Shown: positions 28,801 through 37,242 of the stretch, piece by piece
Numbering within the stretch: the stretch's first letter is position 1
Layout of the letters: every line of letters begins with the position of its first letter
Virus record (IMG/VR): IMGVR_UViG_3300036985_002638
Span: 1-64,000 of that record
Source of the DNA: a virus
DNA: 64,000 nt
Direction: 5' to 3' (one strand)
Translations under genes and position numbers: made by a program
The notes under the pieces: model-generated
Seen by the model: only the letters and a program-made list of their open reading frames with translations
Told to the model about the DNA's origin: nothing
Databases searched by the model: none

Positions 28801-31146
28801 CAAAGAGCCTTATTAAAAGAAGCTAGTAAAGAGTTTGCTATTAAAGCTAAAAGATACTTAGGGTACTTAAAATATAAAAAAGACTTTAGAGCAGTACAAG
28901 CTATCCTAAAAGATAAGGATTTAGATGAATATACTGAAAATGAGTTAAACGATTTAATTACTAAGTTATTTTCATTTAATGATAGAGCAGCTAAGGCAGT
29001 AAAAGAGAGAGCGTATCAAAGACTTGGACACCTAGTTACTGTTAAGCAAAACGAGATACATAAAGATAAAGAAGGCTTTATAGAGGCATTAGGTAAAACA
29101 AGTGATATTAGTCCACTACAAAGTAAGATATTACATTACTCTCAATTTTCTGAAAAGAATGCAGATATGCAAGCCTTAGCATTAGCAAATGGAAAGGCTA
29201 TTATTGATAAAATAACTGAAGCTAATTCATTAAAAGATACTCATGCTAAACTTGGATTAAAAGTAATTCAAGAAGAGAATAAGAGATTAGGTATTACAGG
29301 TAAAGCCGCCAATAGATTTAGTTCTGATTCAAGTAAATACTTTGAGTGGATGATAGATGATAATGGTAATTACTTAACAATAGATGAAGCAAAAGCTAAA
29401 GGATTGTCTAAAGCTAAACTTGACTACTTAGACTTCCATAGAGAAACAGTTGCAGGATATAGAGAATCTATGTCTGCAAATGACTATGAGAATGTTAAAA
29501 TGGGTGCCATTAGAGTAGATAAGAACTTTAGAGAGGCTTATAAATCAGAAGGTTTAATTCCTGCTTTTAGTTATTACTTAGGTGGAGGAGCAACTAACTT
29601 AGGTAGAGTTAGAATCCTACATAATGGTAAGGTAATGTCTTATTCTGAAATAGAGAAAGAGATTATTGCTGGTGTTGACAAGAAAAACATTAAGAGTATA
29701 GCAAAGGCTTTATATAATTTACTTGTAGCTAACATTAAAGCTAGACGCCAATTAAAGAAAGGTCAAAATATTGATGAGAAAGATAATCCATTAGAGTTAA
29801 AAGGAGATGCTGAGTATTCATTAAACGAGAAAGGTCAATTAGTAAGTAAGTTTGATAAGCCAAGAGCTAAAGATAGAGGTTACTCAAAAGACTTCTATAA
29901 AGCTATGAATCAATTTATAGATGAGTCAGCACACGTTAAGCATATCAGTAAGATTATGCCATTAGTTGAGGCTATAGAGTATCTTAATAAGTATGGTTAC
30001 ATGGAAGAGGGATATGTTCCTAAAAAGAATGTATCTAAGTGGATTAACGATTGGAAAGCTTTACAGATTTTCAAAGAACCTTATGTAAATGATCCTGTTA
30101 TTGATGCGGCTATTAAATCTTTAAGAAAATTAGTAGCAAGTACAACAATGTGGTTTAATATTCCTGCTAATGCTATTAACGTATTTGTAGGTAACTACAA
30201 TAATTGGAGAGCTGAGAACGCAGAAACATTAGCTAGAGGTAATGCTAGATTATTTGGAGGTAAAGGAAGTAGAAAAAAAGTAGGTATTGTTAATGATTAT
30301 GCTTTGGCTATTATTAAAAAATACAACTTAGTAAACCAAGATTTTGACTCTCATCCTGTAATTAAAGCAGGTAGTATATTTTCTAAGTTAGCAACGTGGG
30401 GTACTCAAGTAGGTGAATATCAAATACAAGGTTCTTTAGGGTTAGGTTTACTTAATCAAGAAGAGTTTGATAGTTTTGAGTTTACTAAAGATAAATACGG
30501 TAACGATGTATTAACTGTTAAGCCTAATGGAAAGTATACTGAAGATGAGATTAAATCTAAAATGACTCAAGTTAAGAATAGAGTTACTGATATACAAGGT
30601 AAGTATCCTGACGAAGACCGCCGTAATATTATGCGTGGAGAGTTCGGTAAAGCTTTATTCCAATTTAAAGTATGGATGCCAGATTGGTTCAAAGAAAGAT
30701 TCTCAGCTAGATACTTTAATGCTTATGGCCAAGAGAAAGAAGGTTCTTATACTAAGATGTTAAGAGTAGGAGTTAAAGAAATGGCTGCCGATTTAAAGAA
30801 AGGTGATATTAAAAAAGCTTTAACTAATCCTGCTTTTGTTCAAAACTTAAAAGGAATGGCTACAATCGGAGCTTTATTAGCTCTTAAACACGGAGGAGAT
30901 GACGATGATGATAAGAAAAAAGGTGGGTTAAATTGGGATAGTGCATTAAGTCAAGTATTATTTATCTTTGATTTAGAGCAAGATAAGTACATGGTAAGTA
31001 ACCCTGCTGCTATTTTGGGCAAGATTAAAGATATGTTAAATGCTTTTGAGGCACTTGTAGGATTTGAGGAAGATGCTTGGCAGAAAACTAAGAGAATTTT
31101 ACCAGGAGGTAAAGCTGTAACATTTGTTGAAAATCAAATAAAATAA
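22891..31146 (+). CDS. Giant virion cargo / polyvalent protein with a zincin-like metallopeptidase motif
   Basis: 2751 aa; IYINPNYAGLDTPIHEAGH (HExxH at 28225-28239) plus EVLAEAIG; no DxDGD/DFDxD RNAP motif seen. Confidence 0.7.
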   Translation: MPEKPKFNPNEPYKTVNTAKPAFDPNQDFKVIDEGRTFDRDSNVELPKYTTPQDLEIDSTLNFIQENSLRTMRDDEKDILKNMMKNPLTSKEELSDAIVTLQGKKAKQIDNSWTTPDYYMKRDEKSGNYKPIALEQGEKIPVGYHAASIWGTKESAKDDNAWQDIGKSLANGVFGLMGGVVDVAQSGYELVTGDESETLRSGKNAIEGLKFEKDADLDRPVYNMEGITKWADLLDKDRFDFSPQALWGTFNSTAESLTEFGLGSLTGATWLKGAKALKYGYKGIDKALDLGKAGKLGAIFTGSFFTNIGETRDAAEEAGLEGRDKGAVSLGIATVKSAIDAAFGLEGKIMSNAFKASEREVFKNLIKKAEKDAVTGLITPNGFKQLMKEASLEYSTLAKVGSKSGQVVKDMIEEGSNEVATDFAQKAGEQLWDKLTPDERGQFGTDAFDAKSFGSYANSFTQGAISGGMMSIPSQVLKNNHDRQSINAYERVKEGPEAVNALRTDLNNALDKGEITPSEHEQANFKIDAYSKYNEETKGVNLKPENEKKAFELSFQIQGLKTEIPTNENEISKLDPIARAKVESKQKQAKELQSELNDIIRQGEIKGEPVIPKKEEERIQKEKEKEIKVEETNSKLSQEKEVEKAKTRQPDIEGLGKEKVITYPKLENKPYWKDDKRTYEEIDTEEFNNPSTDARTIHRVVRKEAYNKPNRKLFGNLTKRLYSYINDEGDRMKGDVIEVTMEDGKKIRVASSKQEFKDENDKTVRWDDIFRRHFRSERTQGNEEGLPVGIRAVDLNNPLNEDKGPDYKPGKIALKVFDARTGKFLSWAKETKTGSAESLDKAGNELYTAEQKDLLKTLEQQMYNENPEGGDVIERLTKPKPKPTPTDLKAQKTDIERRNKETESKIKNKELFLAEYDEKGNKIGESVGEMISQSSAAPIATSVREQDGFEFVEFSNPQTGQVDVIVSGDTKGNYVGFYRLYENGKPTNKWSSKMNSKSKTAFKTMISGVQEMLPQNHEYSEKTSISTDGLRVWNQQLQRGYELQYDSNGDLITDAVAINGDALVNELGIDVNEGNFDNISVTSKKQFETVKKALLPYLEKFGLNESNIRNVSGTVEIDLPVLRKSNTTQPTTQTSNQSEIEAKKADIEKRSGLNGVEEIIFSNPNFRLEGFEIDGNYWNVVTSTDRAKVLVNINGVIVPFYLTTGQAGKGLVPGWYPFFGIGKDGWLNKTDKSDMETYYERYWGKETADIVKSISEELNGFYGTDPSAFKNDGDPNATSRPLTTLADKVEDYINSKLNYTPAINNADARKTLRSNVEQLGKEINAKYDAELAALEGTTTTTEKAKVATEKIVEEGKAKVAEQKASVPLTITKAVKQQLYDLGYSKVNVDNMKPERALDIINKQETNKKEVISEKESTKKEPAAKKDSSSLRRKITGYNQLSSDEKKSDFGVNLRKEIQKEVEEFGGSLKPLLKGKIQLLDSEGKQVKKAPIKRKQSVIDAEKAIAKKRKDALSTNPTTPEQYIAMVIGSKGQFKESVVGEIPDVPSMMKDFKNGYTLESLYQGYQEKSGFYDINEDDFNSRANSFLSDYLTKGGRDLAIDYAVEAYEREINDGYTDKEIAEMVAYGESLGLTENEVVVIDESVQNLNEEEVTELETKIENTNEKDRNEESANKIIQNIAGEEGSNKSPFDEMESEQDSEEGKDIIKGEEGAEPFQKVSQRKGDFQKVFEKIQANFKGITVVEDASKFKGEQSTVAGKVSADGKTIYINPNYAGLDTPIHEAGHILIDAMGYNNRIIQAAIKQLRTTPLYAETKERYKELSESELDKEVLAEAIGREGADIFDKVEDRSKFKAYLDYIFDWLKQKLGLDKNVAKSLAKQIIGGVKTKELKGVATGKEQLQKDKKKPFADQALKYNQYATAEGFDAQKEFDKYEQATVELREVKEDEKLATIAADEAVTDEEIKSADAELEKQRALLKEASKEFAIKAKRYLGYLKYKKDFRAVQAILKDKDLDEYTENELNDLITKLFSFNDRAAKAVKERAYQRLGHLVTVKQNEIHKDKEGFIEALGKTSDISPLQSKILHYSQFSEKNADMQALALANGKAIIDKITEANSLKDTHAKLGLKVIQEENKRLGITGKAANRFSSDSSKYFEWMIDDNGNYLTIDEAKAKGLSKAKLDYLDFHRETVAGYRESMSANDYENVKMGAIRVDKNFREAYKSEGLIPAFSYYLGGGATNLGRVRILHNGKVMSYSEIEKEIIAGVDKKNIKSIAKALYNLLVANIKARRQLKKGQNIDEKDNPLELKGDAEYSLNEKGQLVSKFDKPRAKDRGYSKDFYKAMNQFIDESAHVKHISKIMPLVEAIEYLNKYGYMEEGYVPKKNVSKWINDWKALQIFKEPYVNDPVIDAAIKSLRKLVASTTMWFNIPANAINVFVGNYNNWRAENAETLARGNARLFGGKGSRKKVGIVNDYALAIIKKYNLVNQDFDSHPVIKAGSIFSKLATWGTQVGEYQIQGSLGLGLLNQEEFDSFEFTKDKYGNDVLTVKPNGKYTEDEIKSKMTQVKNRVTDIQGKYPDEDRRNIMRGEFGKALFQFKVWMPDWFKERFSARYFNAYGQEKEGSYTKMLRVGVKEMAADLKKGDIKKALTNPAFVQNLKGMATIGALLALKHGGDDDDDKKKGGLNWDSALSQVLFIFDLEQDKYMVSNPAAILGKIKDMLNAFEALVGFEEDAWQKTKRILPGGKAVTFVENQIK

Positions 31147-31176
31147 TCTATATATTTACACTATAAAAGTAATAAA

Positions 31177-31848
31177 ATGGCATTAGAAAGAATAGATTTA
31201 ACAGGTTGTATCGAAATAGAGAAAGGTTGCACACAACTTTTGTTCTCAGATATAACTGGATTCCTTGTTACAGTATGTAACGATGAGTATAATGAATTTG
31301 GATATGGATTAATAGATGGAATAGCATTAGATGATGTTACTTCCGCGCAATTAAACGTCTATTATCCTTCGATGACTACGCCTATTACTTTTGATTTCAT
31401 TATCGCTAGTCACGTTATTACAGAATGTTTATTCACTGATTTAAACGGAACAGTAACAGATATTACTGCTTTATTAGAATCTACAGTATTCCCTTTGACT
31501 AACTTTGATGTTACTTTAGCTGCTTATGGAGTTACTTTACCTGAAATGGCGGATGGCATCTTTAAATGGGATTACACTATCAGTGGATTGAGTGGAGGAT
31601 TATCATTCTCTTATACTACTTCAGATGAAGCTTTGTCTAGTTGTTCAGTAAATTGTTGCATAGAGAATAAATATGTAGAAATGGACTTATCTTGCGGATG
31701 CTTTGACGATAAATTAAAAAACTTAATTCTATCAGAAGTATTATTACAAGGCGCTAAATACGCTATGAACGTAGGACAAGATAATAAAGCTCAAGGTATG
31801 TTAGATAAGGCTGCTGAGATTTGTGATAGTAATTGTACAGATTGTTAA
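31177..31848 (+). CDS. Structural protein, tail hub-like, Cys-rich C-terminus
   Basis: 223 aa, acidic, ending CDSNCTDC. Confidence 0.5.
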   Translation: MALERIDLTGCIEIEKGCTQLLFSDITGFLVTVCNDEYNEFGYGLIDGIALDDVTSAQLNVYYPSMTTPITFDFIIASHVITECLFTDLNGTVTDITALLESTVFPLTNFDVTLAAYGVTLPEMADGIFKWDYTISGLSGGLSFSYTTSDEALSSCSVNCCIENKYVEMDLSCGCFDDKLKNLILSEVLLQGAKYAMNVGQDNKAQGMLDKAAEICDSNCTDC

Positions 31849-31866
31849 AAATTAAAAATATTAAAT

Positions 31867-32268
31867 ATGTGTAAATGTTCAGGTAAATGTGGTTGTAATA
31901 TCACATCAACAACAAAAGGAGAAAAAGGTGATGCTAGTCCAGTATCTAATTTAGGATATAAAGTTTATTCTGCATTAATTTCACAATCTGGAACTAGTAT
32001 ACCTACCGCTAATGTTTTTCAAAACACATTAGGCGCTACGATTAGCTTCACAAGGTCTGCTATCGGAGTATACGTTGCTACTTTTTCATCTGACCCAACA
32101 ACAGATTCAGCTAAAATATTAGTAGTTGTTAGTGCAAATTCTCTTGGGGTTTTAACTCAAACTGCTAAAACAACTAGTACGGTTGGATTTAGAAGTTATA
32201 ATTATTCTGCTGCTCTGTCTGATGATATATTGGCAAATAATTTTTTAGAAATTCGCGTATACCCATAA
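31867..32268 (+). CDS. Small structural/fibre-like protein
   Basis: Cys-rich N-terminus, GEKGD collagen-like triplets, YKVYSALISQSGT domain. Confidence 0.5.
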   Translation: MCKCSGKCGCNITSTTKGEKGDASPVSNLGYKVYSALISQSGTSIPTANVFQNTLGATISFTRSAIGVYVATFSSDPTTDSAKILVVVSANSLGVLTQTAKTTSTVGFRSYNYSAALSDDILANNFLEIRVYP

Positions 32269-32852
32269 TGGAAATTCAAACTAAACATAGACTAGAATTA
32301 TTAAACGCAAAGTGTAATTATGTTTGCGCTGTAGATATTTTACAAAATAAAATGTCTTACGGAGAGGATGTATCATGTTGCATTAATAAACTTTACTTGG
32401 CTCAAAAACTTATAGGGAGACTTGAGTGTTTTTGTTTTGAAACTCCTGTGTATGACAATGCTGTGTCAGCAGAGTTTACTTTTACTGTAGCTAATAATTT
32501 CTACTTACCAGATACTATTTTGCAATTAGATGTTAATGGAGTTCAAGTAGCAACTAAAATAATAGAAAAGGAACCACCAATAAAACCTATATCGTGGTCT
32601 GAATTATTAGATAGTATTAATTATACTTACGAATTAGTAAATAATGGCGACACCAGTACACTTACTTTAATCATGCCTTGTAACATTACAGACATTACAG
32701 CATCAATAACTAAATCAGGAGTAACTAATACATTTATTTTAACTAATACTGTTGTAGGAGTATGTGAAGTACCTACACCTCCTTGTTATAACTGTATAGA
32801 GAACTCTGATTTACCTAAAATGTATGAAGTGTTACATAAATTATTACAATGA
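32268..32852 (+). CDS. Structural protein, tail hub-like
   Basis: 194 aa, Cys-rich termini, translationally coupled. Confidence 0.45.
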   Translation: MEIQTKHRLELLNAKCNYVCAVDILQNKMSYGEDVSCCINKLYLAQKLIGRLECFCFETPVYDNAVSAEFTFTVANNFYLPDTILQLDVNGVQVATKIIEKEPPIKPISWSELLDSINYTYELVNNGDTSTLTLIMPCNITDITASITKSGVTNTFILTNTVVGVCEVPTPPCYNCIENSDLPKMYEVLHKLLQ

Positions 32853-33376
32853 TTTTTACAATAGCTCAGATAAACACTATATGGCAAAATAAAACTGCCA
32901 CATTAGATAAAATTTATCTTTGTGATGATAATTATATGTATAAGGGAGTGAGTAACGGCGCTTTAACAAGAGTTCTTACTGGCAACTTAGATAATTATAA
33001 AGCTGAGTTAAGAAAGCAACAGTTAGCTGCTGAGCAAGAGGAATATCAACAGCAATTAACTGTAGAGTCATTAGTTAGTCAAGTATCAGAATTAAGTACA
33101 AAATCTGAAATAAAACAAGTAGAGGTTGATTTTGGTAACGAAGGATTATTTGAAAAAGAATTTACTATATATGACAGTAGAATATTATCAGATACATTAA
33201 TATTAGCATCATTAGCATACTCTAAACCAACAGATAAAGATTTAGATGAATTAGAGATGGATGATTTAATAATTAAAGCAGGGGTATCATCCGAAGAAAT
33301 ATTTAACTTGTTTATAACGGCAGCAGATGGAAGTCCATTAGAAGGAAAATTTAAAATTAACTACTCAATAAATTAA
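32849..33376 (+). CDS. Hypothetical structural protein
   Basis: 175 aa in late operon. Confidence 0.45.
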   Translation: MIFTIAQINTIWQNKTATLDKIYLCDDNYMYKGVSNGALTRVLTGNLDNYKAELRKQQLAAEQEEYQQQLTVESLVSQVSELSTKSEIKQVEVDFGNEGLFEKEFTIYDSRILSDTLILASLAYSKPTDKDLDELEMDDLIIKAGVSSEEIFNLFITAADGSPLEGKFKINYSIN

Positions 33377-33381
33377 ATATT

Positions 33382-33990
33382 ATGGCAATTATTAAAGACT
33401 TATTAGGATATATTTGGAAAATAGATCAAACTTCTCAAGCAGGTAGAGTTACACAATATAATACAGATGCTTCTTTAGTTAAAACTATTGATGGTGTTTC
33501 TAAAACGTATTCAGCTTCTATAACAGGACTTGTTGTTGCTGCGGCGGCTACTGATTTTTTTATGATAACAGGAAGTGCTACTAAAACAATCCGTATAACT
33601 AAAATAGAATTGATAGGTACGGCTACTGGAGATATAGTTACAGATATTACAGTTATAAAGAGGTCTACATTAAATGAAGAAGGAACATCAACAACTTTAA
33701 CAAGTGTTCCTCACGATAGTTCAGATGAACCAGCTACATCAGTTATAAAAGCTTATACTGTTAACTCAAAAAAATTAGGTACATCTGTTGGTGATATAAT
33801 TTCTCATAAATTATTTTTAAGTACATCCAAAACTCAACCATACGCATTAAAAATGTTATTTGGAGATAGAGCTTCTAAAGCTATTGTTTTAAGAGGAGCC
33901 GACCAATGTTTATGTTTAAATTACAATGGAAATACTAATGCAGGTAACGCTATATCTATTTCAGTAGAGTTCATAGAAGACTCCTTGTAG
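33382..33990 (+). CDS. Hypothetical beta-rich structural protein
   Basis: 202 aa, Thr/Ser-rich, end of late operon. Confidence 0.45.
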   Translation: MAIIKDLLGYIWKIDQTSQAGRVTQYNTDASLVKTIDGVSKTYSASITGLVVAAAATDFFMITGSATKTIRITKIELIGTATGDIVTDITVIKRSTLNEEGTSTTLTSVPHDSSDEPATSVIKAYTVNSKKLGTSVGDIISHKLFLSTSKTQPYALKMLFGDRASKAIVLRGADQCLCLNYNGNTNAGNAISISVEFIEDSL

Positions 33991-34002
33991 TATTAGTATC
34001 TA

Positions 34003-34572
34003 GTGAAAAAATGCTGCAAATGTAAAATAGAAAAGAATATTGTTTGTTTTGTTTTTTACAAAACAACAAAGGATGGTCTATCGCCAGATTGTAAATCTTG
34101 TAGAAAAATATATAAAGCAAAATGGGATGCTAATAATAAAGAGCATAAAAGTATGTATAAAAAGAAATGGTATATTGAAAACAAAGAAGATGTTAAGCAA
34201 TATGGAAAAGATAATATAGTAAAAACAAGGTTATCTGCAAAGAAATATCAACAAAAACACAGAGATGAAAATCCTGAAATTTATTCTTCAAAAGAGTATA
34301 AAGAAAAAATGCGTTATTTAACCATAAAATCTAAGTACGGAATTACATCAGAAGATTATAATGCAATGTTTCTTAAACAAGAAGGTAAATGTGAAATTTG
34401 TAAAATTCACCAAAGTAATATAAATAGAACATTGGTAATAGACCATTGTCACGCTACAAATAAGGTTAGGGCATTACTTTGTCATAAATGTAATCTTGCA
34501 ATAGGGTTAATGAATGAAAGTATAGAATCGTTAAAATCAGCCATGAATTATATTAATAAATGGACTGAATAA
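34003..34572 (+). CDS. Endonuclease VII-family (HNH) putative homing endonuclease
   Basis: N-terminal CxxC...CxxC; C-terminal YGIT..DY..M...Q.GKCEIC...LVIDHCH.TNKVRALLCHKCN.AIG. Confidence 0.85.
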   Translation: MKKCCKCKIEKNIVCFVFYKTTKDGLSPDCKSCRKIYKAKWDANNKEHKSMYKKKWYIENKEDVKQYGKDNIVKTRLSAKKYQQKHRDENPEIYSSKEYKEKMRYLTIKSKYGITSEDYNAMFLKQEGKCEICKIHQSNINRTLVIDHCHATNKVRALLCHKCNLAIGLMNESIESLKSAMNYINKWTE

Positions 34573-34591
34573 TAGTTAGCTATAAAATAAT

Positions 34592-34618
34592 AAAAAACCC
34601 TCTTTTTTAGGGAGGGTT
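34592..34618. terminator. Terminator hairpin between convergent late and replication operons
   Basis: AAAAAACCCTCT-ttttta-GGGAGGGTT; T-run on the minus strand. Confidence 0.65.
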
Positions 34619-34720
34619 AATTACTGACTTACGATTCAGATGAGCTAGTGGGCTTTAATTTATTTAGGAATAGATTAAACGCATCTCATTTTTACGATTC
34701 ACACGTCTGTGACCAATGTT

Positions 34721-35116
34721 TTAAACATCATTTAGGCTAAATATAATTCCTTTACAGAAGCTTTTACCGTCTTTTTTTAAATCATACTGAACGTGCTTTA
34801 TAAGAGTTAAGAACTTCCATTTGAATAGACTGTGCTTATCCCAAAACACTTCTATCACTTTTCTTGATTTATTAGGACACTGCTTAGTATAAGGTACATA
34901 TTCATCTCCTTCTTTAGCCATAAATATCTGTCCGCCGTGAAGTAAATCAAACTCATCTTTTAAAGAACCACTAAAGATTATAGTATCGTCACCAATGGCA
35001 GACACTATTACTAAGTTACTGTATTTAGCTGAGTTAATAACACTTTTAGTAAAGCTATCATCTACGTCAAATCCATTTAATTGTTTTGCTAGTTCTTCAG
35101 CAGATATTTTGCTCAT
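34721..35116 (-). CDS. Hypothetical phage protein
   Basis: 131 aa; LVIVSAIGDD...FCKGIIFSLNDV phage-type protein. Confidence 0.6.
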   Translation of the reverse strand: MSKISAEELAKQLNGFDVDDSFTKSVINSAKYSNLVIVSAIGDDTIIFSGSLKDEFDLLHGGQIFMAKEGDEYVPYTKQCPNKSRKVIEVFWDKHSLFKWKFLTLIKHVQYDLKKDGKSFCKGIIFSLNDV

Positions 35117-35650
35117 TTACTTCTTTTTAGACTGTTTAGTAACTGCGAAAATTGTCTTTTTTCTAGCTTTCAACTTCTCTTCATAAATGTCTTCTTTGTT
35201 AGCTTGAGCTTTATCTACACGTTTTAATGTAGCTGCTTGAGTTTGTATTTTAGCGTTTCTACGTTTCTGTTCCGCCGACTCTGGAGCTGCTTTTACTTGA
35301 GCTTCTTCATCTAATACAATGTAATAAATAGAACTCTCATGCGTCATTAAATAAGGCTTACCATTGATAATAGACTCTAAGTTAGCCATTGAATTGTAAA
35401 TCACTAATAAACCCACTTTAAGGTAATCTGAACACTCAGGACCTAATGCTATGATTCTAGCAGTAAACTCTTGAGTACTAACTGCATCAGGAATGATTAA
35501 TCCTGTTTCAGACTTTCTTTCTCCTCCTTTAACGCGTTGTAATAAAACTGATTTACCTAATGGAATAACGTTTACATTACTTTTAACTAAATCCTCTGGC
35601 ACTTTGATTGCTTGGATTCTTTTTGCTAATTGCTGATTAATGCTTTCCAT
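35117..35650 (-). CDS. groES: Co-chaperonin GroES-like protein with a basic C-terminal extension
   Basis: VIPLGKSVLLQRV....KSETGLIIPD...ARIIALGP.....LKVG..V.Y. Confidence 0.75.
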   Translation of the reverse strand: MESINQQLAKRIQAIKVPEDLVKSNVNVIPLGKSVLLQRVKGGERKSETGLIIPDAVSTQEFTARIIALGPECSDYLKVGLLVIYNSMANLESIINGKPYLMTHESSIYYIVLDEEAQVKAAPESAEQKRRNAKIQTQAATLKRVDKAQANKEDIYEEKLKARKKTIFAVTKQSKKK

Positions 35651-35810
35651 AGGTAGTAGGCTGTGTTGTTGTTAATTTAACTTTTGGGAATTTGTTTTCT
35701 GTCATCCATGCTTTTAAGCAATCGGCTCGTTTTGACATTTTTAATTTACTCATTTTTTCTTTTTTTTGTTTGGTTATAAAATTAAACTATTTGTATTTAT
35801 TATCAAAATA

Positions 35811-36101
35811 TTAAGCGCATAAACTGTTTAAAAAATCAACAATTCTTTTAGCTTCTAAATCCCACATATTATAAAGTTCGTTTCCTTTGTTTTTATCTCG
35901 GATTTCTATCACTTTATTTTTCCAATCTCTGACTTGTTGAATATCATCTGACAATATTCTGTCTAACTGCTTAGTAGTAGAGAATGGATCAGGTTCTTTA
36001 ACATAGATTAACTCAGAACTATCCTCTGTTTTATTTTCTAACATTTCTTTGCTAATGTCTTTATTGTCTGAAGGATGTATTATCTTTATCATTATTGACA
36101 T
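35811..36101 (-). CDS. Hypothetical protein
   Basis: 96 aa ORF. Confidence 0.5.
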   Translation of the reverse strand: MSIMIKIIHPSDNKDISKEMLENKTEDSSELIYVKEPDPFSTTKQLDRILSDDIQQVRDWKNKVIEIRDKNKGNELYNMWDLEAKRIVDFLNSLCA

Positions 36102-36337
36102 TCATTGCAACTGTTTTTTTCTATAACAGTTAGGTTCATTTGATTAGTTGCTCCATAGTTTGAAGTGGCTTGATATTCTGCATCCGTTGAGGTGCATTTG
36201 TAGAATATAAAAGAGTTATTGAAACCCATCTGATACCAACAATATACTTTTGAATTTGTTGTTTGTGTTGTGCTGCTTGGAGCAGTAGTTTTCTTTTGAC
36301 ATCCTACAAATAGGACTAAAATTAATAAGTGTTTCAT
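36092..36337 (-). CDS. Small lipoprotein
   Basis: MKHLLILVLFVG-C lipobox, Ser/Thr linker, four further Cys; own promoter motif at 36362-36390. Confidence 0.7.
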   Translation of the reverse strand: MKHLLILVLFVGCQKKTTAPSSTTQTTNSKVYCWYQMGFNNSFIFYKCTSTDAEYQATSNYGATNQMNLTVIEKNSCNECQ

Positions 36338-36338
36338 A

Positions 36339-36371
36339 ATTATTTGTTTTTGATTTAAATTTTATACGATA
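36339..36371. repeat. 33-bp direct repeat (5' UTR plus -10 element), copy 1; copy 2 at 36714-36746
   Basis: ATTATTTGTTTTTGATTTAAATTTTATACGATA identical in both copies. Confidence 0.9.
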
Positions 36372-36418
36372 CTTGATATAAAAGGTTACAAATTAATCAA
36401 TCATTTTAATTGTTTAAA

Positions 36419-36712
36419 CTAATCTTTGATAAATGTACCGTCTACAGTCTTTCCACTTCTATTAGATATTTCTACCCATGCAGCTTCTAAACAGTCTTCT
36501 ATTCTTAATTGATTCTGCTCTGCGAGTATAATTAAAGTAACCATTACATCACCTATGCCATCAATTAATTTAGGAGTATCCTTCTTCAATAAAGCAGATG
36601 CTACTTCTCCTACTTCTTCTGTTACTTTAGCCATTTGAGCTAATGAGTTTTCTTTTTTCAATAGGTTCTTATCCGCCGCCCATTGAACTACATTTTTGAT
36701 TGTTTCTTGCAT
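36419..36712 (-). CDS. MazG-like nucleotide pyrophosphohydrolase
   Basis: WAADKNL....Q..KV.EE.GE.A...DGIGDVMVTLIILA...CLE.AW.EI..R.GK.VDG.FIKD. Confidence 0.85.
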   Translation of the reverse strand: MQETIKNVVQWAADKNLLKKENSLAQMAKVTEEVGEVASALLKKDTPKLIDGIGDVMVTLIILAEQNQLRIEDCLEAAWVEISNRSGKTVDGTFIKD

Positions 36713-36770
36713 GATTATTTGTTTTTGATTTAAATTTTATACGATAATTAATGTAAAAGGTTACACTTTT

Positions 36771-37241
36771 TTAACTCAAGTTTGAATTATATTCTTGTTT
36801 TAATCTTTCTTCTAATTGAAATACTTTCTGCCACTCAGGTTTATTGATTATTTCACTTCGCGGATTGTTATCGAAAATACTATGGCATCCTGTTCCTTGT
36901 ATATTATAACACATTATTCTGATATTATCAGGGTTAAGCCTAAATCTCTCATATCTGCTTTTTCTGAGTATATGAGCAAAGTTTGAATGAGTTACAAGGC
37001 TAAGTCTTTTTTCGCATACAAAGCAAGTAATAGGATTATCCTCGAATGAATCTAATATAACTTGGAATACATCTTTCTCTCCTGTAGCTTTAAATACTTG
37101 CTTTTTAGCTACCGATTTACCTTCCGATTTCTTTTTAGCTTGTTTAAGTTCGTAATTACATCTTTGGCAGTAGCCTTTTTTAACAGCTATAACACCTTCT
37201 TTGTCACATTTTACACAAACTCCATGATGCGGTTGAAACAT
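36771..37241 (-). CDS. Zn-binding HNH-like nuclease
   Basis: CxxC pairs; CFVC...NFAHIL......RLNPDNIRIMC....CH..FD. Confidence 0.6.
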   Translation of the reverse strand: MFQPHHGVCVKCDKEGVIAVKKGYCQRCNYELKQAKKKSEGKSVAKKQVFKATGEKDVFQVILDSFEDNPITCFVCEKRLSLVTHSNFAHILRKSRYERFRLNPDNIRIMCYNIQGTGCHSIFDNNPRSEIINKPEWQKVFQLEERLKQEYNSNLS

Positions 37242-37242
37242 A

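Noticed and set aside
30337-30354. QDFDSH in the giant protein as an RNA polymerase catalytic motif
   Set aside because: It lacks the third Asp of DxDxD and lies in a C-terminal helical region with no RNAP context.
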